Shown one piece after another: positions 30,914 through 52,599 of a DNA stretch of 64,000 nucleotides. Position numbers and translations under genes: made by a program. The stretch comes from the human T2T-CHM13v2.0 reference genome, Homo sapiens: NCBI RefSeq assembly GCF_009914755.1, contig NC_060927.1; one strand, 5' to 3'. Each line of letters begins with the position of its first letter. The first letter of the stretch is position 1. Below the pieces are notes generated by a model, which saw only the letters and a list, made by a program, of their open reading frames with translations, had not been told where the DNA came from and made no database searches.

Positions 30914-31820
30914 GGGGGAGGAGCCAAGATGGCCGAATAGGAACAGCTCCGGTCTACAGCTCCCAGCGTGAGTGACGCAGAAGACGGGTGATTTCTGCAT
31001 TTCCATCTGAGGTACCGGGTTCATCTCACTAGGGAGTGCCAGACAGTGGGCGCAGGCCAGTGGGTGCGTGCACCGTGCAGGAGCGGAAGCAGGGCGAGGC
31101 AGTGCCTCACCTGGGAAGCACAAGGGGTCAGGGAGTTCCCTTTCCGAGTAAAAGAAAGGGGTGACGGACGCACCTGGAAAATCGGGTCACTCCCACCCGA
31201 ATATTGCGCTTTTCAGACCGGCTTAAAAAACGGCGCACCATGAGACTATATCCCACACCTGGCTCAGAGGGTCCTACGCCCAAGGAATCTCGCTGATTGC
31301 TAGCACAGCAGTCTGTGATCAAACTGCAAGGCGGCAGCGAGGCTGGGGGAGGGGCGCCCGCCATTGGCCAGGCTTGATTAGGTAAACAAAGCAGCCAGGA
31401 AGCTCGAACTGGGTGGAACCCACCACAGCCCAAGGAGGCCTGCCTGCCTCTGTAGGCTCCACCTCTGGGGGGCAGGGCACAGACAAACAAAAAGACAGCA
31501 GTAACCTCTGCAGACTTAAATGTCCCTGTCTGACAGCTTTGAAGAGAGCAGTGGTTCTCCCAGCACGCAGCTGGAGATCTGAGAACTGGCAGACTGCCTC
31601 CTCAAGTGGGTCCCTGACCCCTGACCCCCGAGCAGCCTAACTGGGAGGCACCCCCCAGCAAGGGCACACTGACACCACACACGGCAGGGTATTCCAACAG
31701 ACCTGCAGCTGAGGGTCCTGTCTGTTAGAAGGAAAACTAACAAACAGAAAGGACATCCACACCGAAAACCCATCTGTACATCACCATCATCAAAGACCAA
31801 AAGCAAAAAAAACCACAAAG
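30914..31820 (+). promoter_or_regulatory. L1 5'UTR with sense and antisense promoter (CpG-rich, YY1 site)
   Basis: YY1 motif caagatggccg near the start; many CpGs retained. Confidence 0.85.
31128..31364 (-). CDS. L1 ORF0 (antisense), intact, 78 aa
   Basis: MAGAPPPASLPPCSLITDCCASNQRD...RCVRHPFL followed by LLGKGTP*. Confidence 0.75.
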   Translation of the reverse strand: MAGAPPPASLPPCSLITDCCASNQRDSLGVGPSEPGVGYSLMVRRFLSRSEKRNIRVGVTRFSRCVRHPFLLLGKGTP

Positions 31821-32839
31821 ATGGGGAAAAAACAGAACAGAAAAACTGGAAACTCTAAAAAGCAGAGCGCCTCTCCTCCTCCAAAGGAACACAGTTCCTC
31901 AACAGCAACGGAACAAAGCTGGATGGAGAATGACTTTGACGAGCTGAGAGAAGAAGGCTTCAGACGATCAAATTACTCTGAGCTATGGGAGGACATTCAA
32001 ACCAAAGGCAAAGAAGTTGAAAACTTTGAAAAAAAATTTAGAAGAATGTATAACTAGAATAACCAATACAGAGAAGTGCTTAAAGGAGCTGATGGAGCTG
32101 AAAACCAAGGCTCGAGAACTACGTGAAGAATGCAGAAGCCTCAGGAGCCGATGCCATCAACTGGAAGAAAGGGTATCAGCAATGGAAGATGAAATGAATG
32201 AAATGAAGTGAGAAGGGAAGTTTAGAGAAAAAAGAATAAAAAGAAATGAGCAAAGCCTCCAAGAAATATGGGACTATGTGAAAAGACCAAATCTACGTCT
32301 GATTGGTGTACCTGAAAGTGATTAGGGAGAATGGAACCAAGTTGGAAAACACTCTGCAGGAAATTATCCAGGAGAACTTCCCCAATCTAGCAAGGCAGGC
32401 CAACGTTCAGATTCAGGAAATACAGAGAACGCCACAAAGATACTCCTCGAGAAGAGCAACTCCAAGACACATAATTGTCAGATTCACCAAAGTTGAAATG
32501 AAGGAAAAAATATTAAGGGCAGCCAGAGAGAAAGGTCGGGTTACCCTCAAAGGGAAGCCCATCAGACTTACAGCGGATCTCTTGGCAGAAACCCTACAAG
32601 CCAGAAGAGAGTGGGGGCCAGTATTCAACATTCTTAAAGAAAACAATTTTCAACCCAGAATTTCATATCCAGCCAAACTAAGCTTCATAAGTGAAGGAGA
32701 AATAAAATCCTTTACAGACAAGCAAATGCTGAGAGATTTTGTCACCACCAGGCCTGCCCTAAAAGAGCTCCTGAAGGAAGCACTAAACATGGAAAGGAAC
32801 AATCGGTACCAGCCGCTGCAAAATCATGCCAAAATGTAA
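31821..32839 (+). pseudogene. L1 ORF1p, disrupted (frameshifts near 32030 and 32322; TGA at 32209)
   Basis: MGKKQNRK...; split across the ORFs at 31821, 32017 and 32303; ends LQNHAKM*. Confidence 0.93.
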
Positions 32840-32875
32840 AGACCATCGAGACTAGGAAGAAACTGCATCAACTAA

Positions 32876-36721
<3,846 letters not shown>

Positions 36722-38223
36722 ACAATGAGATCACATGGACCCAGGAAGGGGGATATCACACTCTGGGGACTGTGGTGGGGTGGGGGGAGGGTGGAGGGAT
36801 AGCATTGGGAGATATACCTAATGCTAGATGACGAGTTAGTGGGTGCAGCGCACCAGCATGGCACATGTATACATATGTAAGTAACCTGCACAATGTGCAC
36901 ATGTACCCTAAAACTTAAAGTATAATAAAAATAAATAAATAAATAAATAAAAATGGAAATAAACAGTTTCTTTTCATTGTTCCTGTACTTTCATGGCTAT
37001 TGCAATTTTAGCTTACATTAATATTACCTGATTTGACCTACATGTTACGTAAGGCAAAAGGACAGCATTTAGGGAATCTGCAGTTATATAAGATCATATG
37101 ATCATTCAACATAGTATGAAAATCTCAAATGTGAATTATTTACATATTTCTGTCTTTTTGACAAAATATTTGGATTCGATGTGGGATATAAGGCTTTTGG
37201 GGATTGTAGTTTGGTTTTTATTTTTATTTTATTTGTTTTTTCTATCAATACATCTCAGTACCTTGCCTTTTGGGTTACAAACAGCTTGGAACAATCTAAG
37301 AAGGGAATTACATGTCTCAAAATACCAAGCAATGAATAATTCTGTATTCAACTCTCTTTGCCTAGAGCTCAGTAGTGAAAGCACAAAGCCTAATGGCAAA
37401 AGGCAATTTTTAAAATAAATATATTACATTTTTTCAGATTACAAAAGTATCATTTGCACCAAGGATAGGTAGAACATATATTTCCAAAGGGAAGGCTATT
37501 AAAACAACCCATAATTTACTACTTAGAAACTATTACCATTTGTTTAAATTTTTTTTTAACCAACGGAGATAATATTGACTTCCTCAACTAACTGGAATGC
37601 TCAGAGGAGAAGTTATAGTTGTCGTGAGTTAGAAAGTCCTCTCAAATATCATAACATATGTGTTGACTCTGAAACCAGAAAAAGGATAAAAAAAAAAAAA
37701 GAGTAATGATCTAGTTCAATAATTCAGGAATAATGAATTAGTGAAATCTAGAATCTCATTTATGACTCAGGAACTTCTAATACTTCTAGATCATCAGGGT
37801 GAAAATCAATTTTTATGCCAGGGCTGAAGTCATAAAGGGAATAGAAGAGGGCCTGAATATGCAAATGCTCGCACAGGGACTGATATAAAATATATTGGCA
37901 ATATTTAAAAGCAGGTACAAATATCCGTTCTATAAAAGACAACCAACAGGTACTAGTAGTCAGTTCTGGCTAATTGATACCAGGCAATAAAACAGCCTAG
38001 TGTTCTATATTCTCCTACTTGTTGTTGCTGTTGTTTCTTAAAGAGAAACCAAAAATCTGTGTCTTTATGTGAAATTTCTACATTTTAAAATTTTCAAATA
38101 AACAGAAATGTTTAAAATATGTAAGCCAATCTACATGACTTTGAGCCTAATTTGGCCTGTTGGTTACCAGTTTCCAGCCCTGATTATCAGAGATTGGGAT
38201 AAACCTGGGCATAACGTAGATCA

Positions 38224-38415
<192 letters not shown>

Positions 38416-38450
38416 TTTAATATTGACAGAGACTTAGGAGTTCAGTAACC

Positions 38451-38725
38451 AGTAGGCAGATTAATGCCACACCCAACCCTCCATATGTGCGTGTCCTAAT
38501 CCCCAGATGGAAGAAGGGGCCACTAGCCAAGGAATGCAGCCACCTCTAGAAGCTAGAAAAGGCAAGGTAACGAATTCTCCTGCAGACCTCCCAGGAAGCC
38601 CTGGTGATACCTTGATTTTAGCCCAGTGAGAACTCTGTTGGTCTTCTGATCAATAGAACCATAAAAGTTTTTGTCACTAAGCCAGTAGATGTGTGATAAG
38701 TTGTTACACCAACAATAACTAATAC
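38451..38725 (+). mobile_element. MLT1 (C/D-like) MaLR LTR
   Basis: gccaaggaatgcagccacctctagaagctagaaaaggcaagg...accttgattttagcccagtgaga. Confidence 0.75.
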
Positions 38726-40149
38726 TCACCCTAGTTTGACACTGTACAGATTGGAAAACTGAGGTCCACAGAGTATAAAGACAAAGCAAGGAAACAAACA
38801 CATCTCAAGAGTCCCCATCCAGTGATCTTCCCACTGTATGAGCCTGCCTTGATTGACCTTGTGTTTGCTTTATGTAATTTTTTCATAAGGGCAGAATAAA
38901 TAACATGCAGAGAGAGAAGGGGAGAGAAACATTCAGTTTAACTGGGACTTACTTGAACAGTAACATTTGGTTTAGGATAGAGAGGACAAGTAAGTAAAAG
39001 GAAGAAGAAGATACATTCAGTTCAAAAACACAAAGCTCCTCCAATATATGAAATCGGTCTACCTTGTTACTTTTACTTAAATGTCTGCCTTTGATGCTTT
39101 GCTGTCTAACTGGGAACTGAATTTGCTGTCTAGTTTGGAATTTGCAGAAATTAAAACAGCCTGGGCATGGGTTGCTTGTCCTGCCGTCTCTGGAGGATTT
39201 ATAAGGATCTGTTATCCCAGGGATTATGCACATTTTCTGTTGGCTTAGGTGTCAACCATCTGCAGTGTAACTGGAGCTGTGATATGCCTGCCGAGATCAT
39301 GATTACAATCACAGCTCAATGGTCGCAGCAATGCCAGAGTCAGGAGCGTGAAGGACATCAGATCTCAAGCCTGCTTGAAAAATCTATCCATGTTCACTTC
39401 TGCTTCCCCTTCCGGTGTTCAGTAGAAGACCAGCATCAGTGCCACGTACAGATTTCTCCCAAAGGCCCCACAACTAGTGCCTGCGCTGCTGGCACCTGAG
39501 TACTGATGTACGGAGTCAGGTGGCAGGACCACAGCAAGCATTCCATTCTACTTCTACAAGCAACCTACAAGTTATCCTTTCAGGGGCTACCCTTGATGTG
39601 CATTTTAGCCAGATTTCACTAAGAAATAAATATTCTGAATGAGAATAAAGGGAAGGAAACCAAACGTATAACAAGGTCTGGCCCTCTTCTTTTCAAAATG
39701 GCCAAAACTGACCACATCTCTGATATTCTCTGTGCACTCAGAGCTGCTATAAGCCAAAATATGTCTATGCCCGGCCTCAACCCAAGCAAAGAGCTAAAGG
39801 GTAGTGTAACTGCCCCTCCTTGTCATAAAAACAGACCTGGAGGGTACCTGAAAGTGCCCTTTCCTTGGGCCAGGTAGGAGGAAGCACATTGCTCAGCACA
39901 ACCTCCGAAGTGTGATGGAGAGAGCTGGGCCTAACATAACAAAGCAATCCTAGCCACACTGCAAGGCTTATTATAAATTCCATCTTCAACATTATGACTT
40001 CCCAATTCACTTCTGCTCCCAGAAACTGCCTCTTTCCTCTGAGTGCAAACCCTAACACCTCTAATATTTCTCTATGTGCCAAAGTGGTCAAAGCAACAAC
40101 AACAAAAAAGACAATTATTGATAGACAAAACCAAAAAATCCATGACTAA

Positions 40150-40600
40150 GGTGCCAAATTCTGGCATGGCTGGTGCACAAGCAAGATCATCAGAATGTGA
40201 TCCCTCTCTGGCTCCTGGCTCCGCTTTCCCCCATGTGGCTCCATTCTTACCCAAGACATAGCACAATGGCTACCAGCAGCTTTAGGCTTTACATTCTATT
40301 TTCTCAGCAGCCCCAGCAGAAAGGCATGCCTCTTTCCCAAAAGTTCCAACAAAAGTCACAGAAGTGAATCTCTGGCTCCCAAAAGCCTGGCTGACCACAT
40401 GCCCTAAACCAATCACCATAGCCAGGGTGATGCAACTGTCCATGAGGCCATGAGAGGATCCTCCTAGATGTGTCAATAGGCGAGGTCCACCCCAACCACA
40501 TGGTCCAAGAGTAGTTTGTTTGTCTAAGGAAAATCAAAGTGCTACGTAAAGAAGAAAAGGAAATTAATGCTGGGCTGGCAGAAACAACCAAAGCACAACT
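40150..40600 (-). mobile_element. Old MLT1 (J/K-like) LTR fragment
   Basis: acaatggctaccagcagc, ccacatgccctaaaccaatcac, ggaaaatcaaagtgct motifs. Confidence 0.5.
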
Positions 40601-41885
40601 ATGCCCTAACCTAGGGCCAGAATGATGGCACTAGCTCTATGAGAGGGGGCAATTCATGTGTGTTTTCTCCTCTGTTTCCAAACTTTCTGTAATGTTATTA
40701 TATTGTCTTTATTTTTTAAATGGGGGTGTAGGGCATGGGGTAAAGAAAAAGAAAAGCAATGCTTAGTTCTAAATAAATGGAGATATGATCATGTAAAGGT
40801 CAAGGGTTTCCTGCAGAATAAGAAAATCTCCAATCTGTAATATTAGGTTATCCTTTTTAATGCCTCTCCATGTGTATAATCTCATGTGGTCAGTTTTAAA
40901 AGTCACTCCTTCTGAAGATGACCTAATAAGACAAATGGCATCATGAACTGCCTTCCAAATGATTTCTGCTTCATGAAATTGTCTCGTTCTAAATCCACGA
41001 GCATGATTCCAAAACAATTCAAGGTAAAGGTGTGTGATGTTTTCAAAAAATCCAAGAAAAAGATATTTTAACTGGTTCTAAATGCTATGAGGAAACATCT
41101 AGTACTATAAAGATTCCTTAGCCTAGCAGATCCAAGACCCTCCTTGATCCAGCCCCAATCTGTCTCTCTAGTTTTGTCTCCTAGTATACCGAACCAAGAA
41201 TGCCACACTCATCAACACTGGTCCATTTCTATTCCAGCAACCCACCAAGCATTCTCATGATTCCTGTCTTCTTTCACCCAGTTCACTGGGAAATGCCCTC
41301 AGACTATTCTTTGCCTATAAAATCCTTCTCATCTTTAAAGGCCCAATTCAAACACCACATTTTCTAGGAAATATTCCCTTGCCCCCTTATTAAGTTCTCT
41401 TAATACTGAAGGCATATTATGAATACTCCTCTCTGACCCTTATTCCATTCTGCCTTAAATTATAGTAGTCTTGTGCTCCAAGTGGGCAAGGCCATTTCTA
41501 CATATTTATAATCTCTTTCCTACCCTGACGATTGCAATTGAGTTGCTTATTTTATTTTATTTATTGTTTCATTGAGTGACAGAGGGCCCAAAGATAAGAA
41601 GATAGACTTGTTCCTCTATAAACTAGACAGGAAAATACATATTAATAGCAAATCTTTACTATTACGCACATAACATTTTCTGAAGAAGTTTATCATTTTA
41701 TTTCCTTCTCCTAGTGACAAAAGAGAAGAGGAAAATGGTTATGATCCCTACTAAGTAAGAAAAGAAGGTCTAAGAATGAAACTGAGCTCTCCTCGCTATA
41801 ATCTGACTTCAGCAATCATCTGAAATTGGGAGTAGAGTTAAAAATAAAGCTCCCACCCAAAGGCAGCCAGGATACAACCCAGTTA

Positions 41886-41898
41886 CGCTGAGTCAGCA
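41886..41898. promoter_or_regulatory. Near-palindromic Maf recognition element (MARE)/AP-1 motif
   Basis: cgctgagtcagca, 12/13 match to TGCTGA(G/C)TCAGCA; motif only, function unproven. Confidence 0.3.
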
Positions 41899-42498
41899 TC
41901 TTTCTAGAGACACTTCCCAGGCAGTTAGATATAGCCGTGCACAGTCCTCTGGGCCAGAGCCTGGAGCTAATGAGGGAATCTGGGAAGGAGCAGTGAGACT
42001 TTTAACAAAAGAGCCCCACAAGCCATCGCGTTCATATTATGCCTCTTCAAAATGTCCCAGTTCCTTTCTCACCGTCAAGTATCACCACACTGACAAACAG
42101 GGGAGGTTGGAGTGATGAACATTTCATGAGCCATGGGATGTTTCTGTAATTCTCAGCATCAGAACACTTTTTTTTTATACACGACAAACAGCAGGGAAAG
42201 GCACACATTTTATTTTTCCATAGATATGACTTGTAAACGTCTAACTCACCTGCCCTTTCAGTACTTTTAAAGTGCTTTTCTTCTGAGAGAAATAACACCC
42301 ATTTAGGTTTTCCATCAAGTCTGGGTGATAAAATGGGTACTTTCACATCAGAAAGTGGACTCATTGTAAATGTGAGATATGTCAGGGGAGGATAGCCTGG
42401 ACTCTCTCAGGCTATAAAAGTGACATTTAACTACCTAATATCAGACATTGTTAACAGCAGCAATTGCTAACAAGTCTGACCCCAACTCTCATCAGTTA

Positions 42499-42903
<405 letters not shown>

Positions 42904-43204
42904 CTATTTCTGCTCATGTTTTCTAAGAATCTCAATGTTGAGTATCTTAAAGATAATGTAGCCAAACCTTTAGCTTAGAGATCACAAACTTGTAGTCCAC
43001 ATTTTTTGCTCCTTTAAAATTCCTATAGTTATTTACAACAGTAATTTCAAGTGTGATTTGTCCATTTTTTTGGCAACAATGATCATGATTTTTCATATAT
43101 AAATAACACTTTATAGCTTACAAAACACTTTTTCACACATTATTATTTAAATTCTCAGTGTCTCTGCTAATTGTTCCAAGCTTACCTAGCTACCCCTCAA
43201 ACTA

Positions 43205-46115
<2,911 letters not shown>

Positions 46116-46838
46116 TAAAACCCCGCAATTTGCTTTTACATAGTAAAATAAAATGTTTTTCTTTTTTTTTTTTTTTTTTCAGATCAATGTTTAATGATAG
46201 GTTTACACAGTTGTGTGATAGCTTCTGTTGGCACAGGAAACACTACTACATACTCAGAAACATACTTCTATTACTTCCCATGATCACAATAGCAACCAGG
46301 TTTAATATTACTTCCCCTGTTTACATACACAGAAACTCAGATTAAAAAAAAAATCTATCCAGTGCTAAGTAGCCAATAAATGGCAAAGACTGAACTTGAA
46401 CCCGTATCTAATTAACTTTAAATCATGTGCATTTTCTACTCAACCACTCTCCACTTAGCTACTTAATGCATTCTTCTAGTTAATTTTAGCATCACAGGAC
46501 AGAAAAAAAATACCTTTAAAAAAGACATTTAGAGTGAATGTGTGTGTGTGTGCGTGTGTGTATATATACATATATATATGCTTTCACTTAAGTTGCAAAT
46601 CATAGCATGCTCCATTAGTATAAGGAAACTGTTCATAGGTCTAAAATATGGTCTTAAACATATTTTTAAGTGTTAATTTTTAAAGTAACTTTTTAACCAT
46701 ACAGAAAGGGAAGTGAACATACCTCTGGAAACACCACCCAGATCAGTGATGATCCTTGCCTCATACTGCTGTACAGCAAAAATAATCACTGCCATAGATG
46801 TGTTTTGGCTGTCTTTTGATCTTTATACACACAGAATC

Positions 46839-46985
46839 ATTTTTTTATTATACTTTAAGTTTTAGGGTACATGTGCACAATGTGCAGGTTAGTTACATAT
46901 GTATACATGTGCCATGTTGCTGTGCTGCACCCATTAACTCGTCATTTAACATGTTAATGCTATCCCTCCCCACTCCCCCCATCCC
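46839..46985 (-). mobile_element. Very short L1PA (PA4/5-like) 3' end
   Basis: ttttattatactttaagttttagggtacatgtgcac...cccattaactcgtcattt. Confidence 0.9.
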
Positions 46986-48044
46986 AAAGAATGAAAGAAT
47001 TACAGGATTGTATCTCAGAAATGTTTGCGCTTCATAATTCACTATTAGCAACACAAACTTACCAAAGGCCTATAATAGCATTCCAATTTTTTAAACCTTA
47101 AATTCAGAAATACAATTTTAATCCAGAGCTAGTCATGAATCATAATTAAAGCGTGTTTAGCAGATACATGCAAATATCAAACAATCTTAACCAAAGTGCC
47201 ATATTCCAAATTACTTGGTATTTGCAGAAGATAAGGCAGCACTACAGGACAGAGGAGAGTTAACAAAGACCAGAAGCGGGGGAAAGAAAGAATGAATGGG
47301 TGAGTTGTTATCCTGATAATCAAAAATTCACATTTCCCAAAACCCAACAGTCCAAAGGCAAGACAGGCCAATTCCTTAAGTGGAATAATATTGGAAGCCA
47401 TGAAGCTCACAATGGCACTTCCATTCAACTACTAATGCACAAAATTCTACCAGAAATGCATCCCTCTGAGGATCTGGCCCTATTAAATTCTCATCCTTCT
47501 CTGGACAGACTAGAAAATGTAGGGTATACAATACAAGCTGCTCTTAGCTACCTGCACTCTGTGTAAGGACAGTCTACAAGAGGGAACTTTTTGAAGGTGA
47601 AGAGCTGATGATGAAGTAATGATACCATGTATTAAGTGACTTATGTCCTAAGCTTTTTACAGCTACCATCTCATTTAGTCCCCACAGAAGTACTACAAAT
47701 AAGGTATTTTTAATCACATTTTATGTATAAGAAAGCCAAGGCCCAGAAGAGGTAGGTCATTTACCCACGGTTCAGGAGGAACAAACGAAGAAACTGGGGT
47801 CAGAGCCGGACTATCAGGGAAACTAAATTGATGATACACTGATGCTGAGTCAATGACCTTGGGCTCCTTATAAAGGAGCCTCAGTATTGAAATAATTAAG
47901 CACTGAAGTAAGCACTGAAGTAATACTGACTATAGGTGATAAAGTGGTCCCAGGTCTCCATCTGCAAGAAAACAAACAGGGAGATCAAGAGAGGGAAAGT
48001 CTCTTCCTTCTTCTCTCTTCCTTTCCCTTCCCTTATTTTCACTT

Positions 48045-48058
48045 CTCTTCTCTCTTTG

Positions 48059-48089
<31 letters not shown>

Positions 48090-48115
48090 ACACACATACA
48101 CGCACACACACACCA
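48045..48115 (+). repeat. (CT)n(CA)n compound microsatellite
   Basis: ctctctctctttctctctctctctctctcacacacatacacgcacacacac. Confidence 0.85.
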
Positions 48116-49128
48116 CCCACTTAAATTCAAAGGATACAGGTAAATAGAAAGCTTAAATCATTTAATAAGCAATGAATTTATAATTACAACTCCTAATTCT
48201 TAAGGATTCTGCCATAACAAGGGTATATATTTACAGAGACAAAAGGAATTGAGTGTAAGGGGAACTTCAATTTATGGGAAGAAGAAGGTCGTCAAAAAAT
48301 AGCATTAAACTTTGCCTCAGATTTCAACAAAGGATACCAGCATGTGGGGTGCTCCCTAAGTATAACTGGTATTAAAAATTAATCAGGTCTGGAATGGGAT
48401 ATTTCCTGGCTTTGCCAAGCAAAAAAGTTAGGTAATTTAATATTGATATTAACAAAGATGAAGGGAATGGTTATTTGGTTTTCACTTTGTTAGGAACTTC
48501 CCTAAAGGGCTTGGTATTCTTAAATAGCATTTCACCCAGGAGAAGAGTTTTAGAGACCACAAAGTGAAACCAAATCATGTAAAACGGAAACTGGTCAATT
48601 AGCTCTGACTGCAGTATGCTATTTGTGAAGGCAACAAAGAGAAAACACTTAAGTCTGAATACTTACATGTCTCACAAACGTTTGTTAATGGTAGTATTAG
48701 AAATAACTGAAATGCAAAGGATAAAAACTAAGTCCTAGAATACATCAAACTCAAAGTCACTGAAAGTGCTATAGTCAGTCTGATCGATTGTGCTAATACC
48801 CGCCACCAATCACATTTCATCAGGATCTCAACAGTGATTTTCTTTATGAGGAAAAGTTTTTAACTCCTGAAAAACTAGAAATAACCAAAGTCCTAAAATA
48901 CAAGAAAAGGAGCAAGGTATAATAAAAAGGCATTTGACCAAATTTCAGACTTGTTTCTCCTTGGTGTTCTTGGGCCAACCACTCCATGTCTTATGCACCA
49001 TATATTTTTACCTACCAAATAAGGAGGTCAAGCCAGATAAACTCTGGAGTCTAACATTCTCTGATTTCATGAGGTATCCTTGACTGAATGTTTAAAAATC
49101 TACTCTATTCAAATGTTTTATACTATCT

Positions 49129-49462
<334 letters not shown>

Positions 49463-49859
49463 CTATTCCATCAATTTAAACATTAATTAAAAACTAAAAT
49501 CATAGCTTGTGCTCAGAAGTGTCCCTAAAAAGGAGTTCCTCGGAATTCTGCTTCTCTTAGAGCACGCAAATGAAGACTATTCCTACATAGCCTCTGGTTG
49601 ATGTAAGATAAGCCAAGAAAAAATATTTTTTCTTAAGAACAAAGTGCTGGGAATCTCTGTCATAATTAAATTCTTCTTTATCTCACTACATGACTGCCCT
49701 CTCTTGGTAGATACTGAGATAACAGAAGCTGATTTCCTGACCCGGACTGGAATTTGGCTTCAGGTTTCAAGAAAATATTCTTGATTCTTGCCAGTAGGGA
49801 AATCTACTTAATAAGGCAAGTGTAAATGTAATCTGTAATATTTAAAAGATAGCGATTTG

Positions 49860-50290
49860 TTGTTTTCAAGGTTGGTTTCCTGAGAGATGAACAATACTGT
49901 GCAGGAAACATTAGGAAAAGCTCGGGATCAACCCTTTCTCTGGCGGACTGGAGGAAAACGCAGAGGCTGGGCTGTAATGTGGTTCCAACAAGGGCTTTAA
50001 TCGACCCGACAGAGAATTCTGAAACTGGCTGGACCTTCGGAATTGTTCTGAGTTGGGACAAGAAGACTAGGCCTTCACATCCTCACATCAACCAGCCGTT
50101 GGATACAGGCTGTCCATGGCCCTGGACAAGGAGCTATGACCCTGAGCAAGGTGACTCTTCCTCTAAGAACAGTTTCTGACGGGGGCTGACACAAGGAAAC
50201 TATCAGGTAGCAGCAGACCTGGAAGCGGGAGGAGCAGACCTTTCAGACCTGAGGGAGAACCTGGGTGTGGCATCACAGTGTCTGCTACAT
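49860..50290 (-). mobile_element. LTR33-like ERVL LTR
   Basis: gggatcaacc, ggctgggctgtaatgtggttccaacaagggc, gaattgttctgagttgggacaag motifs. Confidence 0.5.
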
Positions 50291-50389
50291 AATTATTCTA
50301 TACTGCCGTTAATAACTGTTTCTTAAAAAACACAGTGGCAAACAGTGTAACTAATCTTGCAATGATTACAAAAATCAAAGGTAATAAAT

Positions 50390-51340
<951 letters not shown>

Positions 51341-51352
51341 AGAAAGAAGGAA

Positions 51353-51630
51353 GGGAGGGAGGATACGGGAGGGAGGATACGGGAGGGAGGATACGGGAGG
51401 GAGGATACGGGAGGGAGGATACGGGAGGGAGGATACGGGAGGGAGGATACGGGAGGGGAGGATACGGGAGGGGAGGGCATGGGAGGGGAGGGCATGGGAG
51501 GGGAGGGCATGGGAGGGGAGGGCATGGGAAGGGAGGGCATGGGAGGGGAGGGCATGGGAAGGGAGGGCATGGGAGGGGAGGGCATGGGAAGGGAGGGCAT
51601 GGGAGGGGAGGGCATGGGAAGGCAGGGCAG
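51353..51630 (+). repeat. G-rich 14/15-bp minisatellite (VNTR)
   Basis: 7x GGGAGGGAGGATAC, 1x GGGAGGGGAGGATAC, 10x GGGA(G/A)GGGAGGGCAT. Confidence 0.97.
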
Positions 51631-52599
51631 GTCATGATGTTCCTGGTGGCCGACTCTGATCAGTGTTGTTTCTTTTTTTTAATCTAAACATAGGATATGG
51701 GGTTAAAATAATAGCCTAGTCTGCATCTGTCAGAATACGTCATATCAGCAGGTCCCTGGACCTCAATGTTTAGCATCTAAATTCACTTTGGGGAAAACTC
51801 AATATAAACAGGGCCCATAAACAGTATGATAGTTACCTCCCTAAAGCAGCTGGTAGGAGACTGCCCAGTCATACTAAAAACAAACAAACAAACAAACCAC
51901 TCTAAGATATACACTTTCAATGTATGTCTAAAATCTCCATCTTCATCAGTCTGACAAAACTATTCTTCCTCCCTTCTACACATATACCTAGGCTTAATAA
52001 TAATACCATGTTTGACCAACTTCCCTTTTCAAGATTGCCCTTGATGTTCACTTTTACCCAATTTCACCAAGAAACTAAATTTGTAGGGGGCAAAGGGAGA
52101 AGTGAGGATGGGGAGGGAAAAGACCTAGGTATCTAAGCTCTACTGAAAGCATACTATATTCGGCACTGTACTTGTTATATATTATGTCACTTAGTCTAAC
52201 TACAATTCTGTGGAGGGACATTATTCTTATTTAATGAATAAGAAAGCAGAGGCTAAGAGGATTAAGCCATTCATCTGAAATCAGCCAGGATGGTAATAAG
52301 ATAAACATAGGTAAGACTATATAAACAAGATAATACAAAAATATCAGACTACTTTGCAATTGTCTTTTTGGAGTTAGGCAGCCAGACTCTGCCCCTATGA
52401 ATAGGGATAGGTTTTCCCCTGAAAAAACTGAATATCCCACTGTAAAACATCCTGGGAAGAAGTTTTTCCTGCAGCTGAAAATGAATCTCTGGAAATAAAA
52501 AGCTTCTCTCTGGTCACCCTGCTTAGGAGACGAAAATTCATAAAAATCTAGACTGACAGAAAAAACTAGACCAGGTAATAGGAAGCTGGTCTGGAATCA

